NCBI GenBank assembly: GCA_043753995.1
Contig: JAYUVP010000057.1
Location: 1 to 14,417 of the forward strand
Origin: Fibrobacterota bacterium
GTDB taxonomy: Bacteria > Fibrobacterota > Fibrobacteria > UBA11236
DNA: 14,417 bases
Direction of reading: 5' to 3'
Part shown: positions 14,079-14,417 of the stretch, piece after piece
Numbering within the stretch: the stretch's first letter is position 1
How the letters are laid out: each line of letters opens with the position of its first letter
Translations under genes and position numbers: made by a program
The notes under the pieces: model-generated
Databases searched by the model: none
Seen by the model: the letters and a program-made list of their open reading frames with translations, nothing else
Told to the model about the DNA's origin: nothing

Positions 14079-14113
14079 AAAGAGCCTTTTGCCTTTCGTA
14101 AAACGCTCTTTTT
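14079..14113. terminator. Probable intrinsic terminator hairpin
   Basis: AAAGAGC-C-TTTTGC-ctttc-GTAAAA-C-GCTCTTT-TT, about 10 nt past the stop of the minus-strand gene at 14124. There are A/T runs on both sides. Confidence 0.6.
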
Positions 14114-14123
14114 AATCCACCGG

Positions 14124-14417
14124 CTATTGGCTCGCCTGGTCCACTCGCCGCCATATTGCAAAATAGCGGTCGCGCACTTGGTGATGAAATGCGACCAGGG
14201 GGCTGAGGGCTGGTCCCTGCGACAAAAGCTGTAAGCCCGCCGCCTTTTCCGCCAAGCCGATCAAAATGTCATGTTCACGGCGCGAATGCGTAAGGGTCAG
14301 CAAGGCGCCGCCGGGTTTTAGCATGTCCATGGCGCGAGTAAGCATGGCCTGCGGAGCATAGCAGCGCAGAGGCAATCCCCAGAGCAAGACTTCGTGGGCC
14401 GTCACCAGGGGGAAAAG
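14124..14417 (-). CDS. C-terminal part of a probable class I SAM-dependent methyltransferase (5' end outside the window)
   Basis: The frame is open to the window edge (LFPLVTAHEVLLWGLP...). AMLTRAMDMLKPGGALLTL matches the helix-LKPGG-strand motif of Rossmann-fold methyltransferases. The SAM-binding motif I is not in the window. Confidence 0.6.
   Translation of the reverse strand, partial: LFPLVTAHEVLLWGLPLRCYAPQAMLTRAMDMLKPGGALLTLTHSRREHDILIGLAEKAAGLQLLSQGPALSPLVAFHHQVRDRYFAIWRRVDQASQ

Noticed and set aside
14040..14110. Minus-strand GAAAGGCAAA as the start of a c-di-GMP-I riboswitch upstream of the small ORF
   Set aside because: The following P1 stem with GNRA loop and the GxCGCAAAG junction are absent, and the sequence is explained by the terminator hairpin.
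13946..14234. 71-aa (minus) and 73-aa (plus) ORFs near the right end
   Set aside because: Both cross the terminator hairpin and overlap the methyltransferase 3' end, with no SD or motifs.

Overview
This is a moderately GC-rich bacterial chromosomal window, with no rRNA, tRNA, CRISPR array, transposase or integrase visible. From left to right it contains: (1) a ~260-nt non-coding stretch built almost entirely of hairpins and inverted repeats, cut by the window edge; (2) a plus-strand run of araB (L-ribulokinase), araD (L-ribulose-5-P 4-epimerase), a soluble 4xPAS hybrid histidine kinase and a small XRE-like HTH protein; (3) a minus-strand cluster of three proteins with N-terminal export signals: an alkaline-phosphatase/NPP-fold protein lacking most of its expected Zn ligands, a YaeI-like metallophosphoesterase with intact motifs, and a ~900-aa TPR protein; (4) a divergent secreted vWA (MIDAS) protein with two tandem ~110-aa CxxC repeats and a FlgD-Ig/T9SS-like C-terminal domain, which suggests an FCB-group host, possibly Fibrobacterota (inference); (5) a 45-aa small ORF missing from the ORF track, with a very strong Shine-Dalgarno and a hairpin on each side; (6) the 3' end of a probable SAM-dependent methyltransferase. 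The best candidates for something undescribed are the pseudo-NPP / metallophosphoesterase / TPR envelope module, the 5' structured element, the vWA repeat domain and the small ORF. All calls come from reading motifs by eye; no searches were run.
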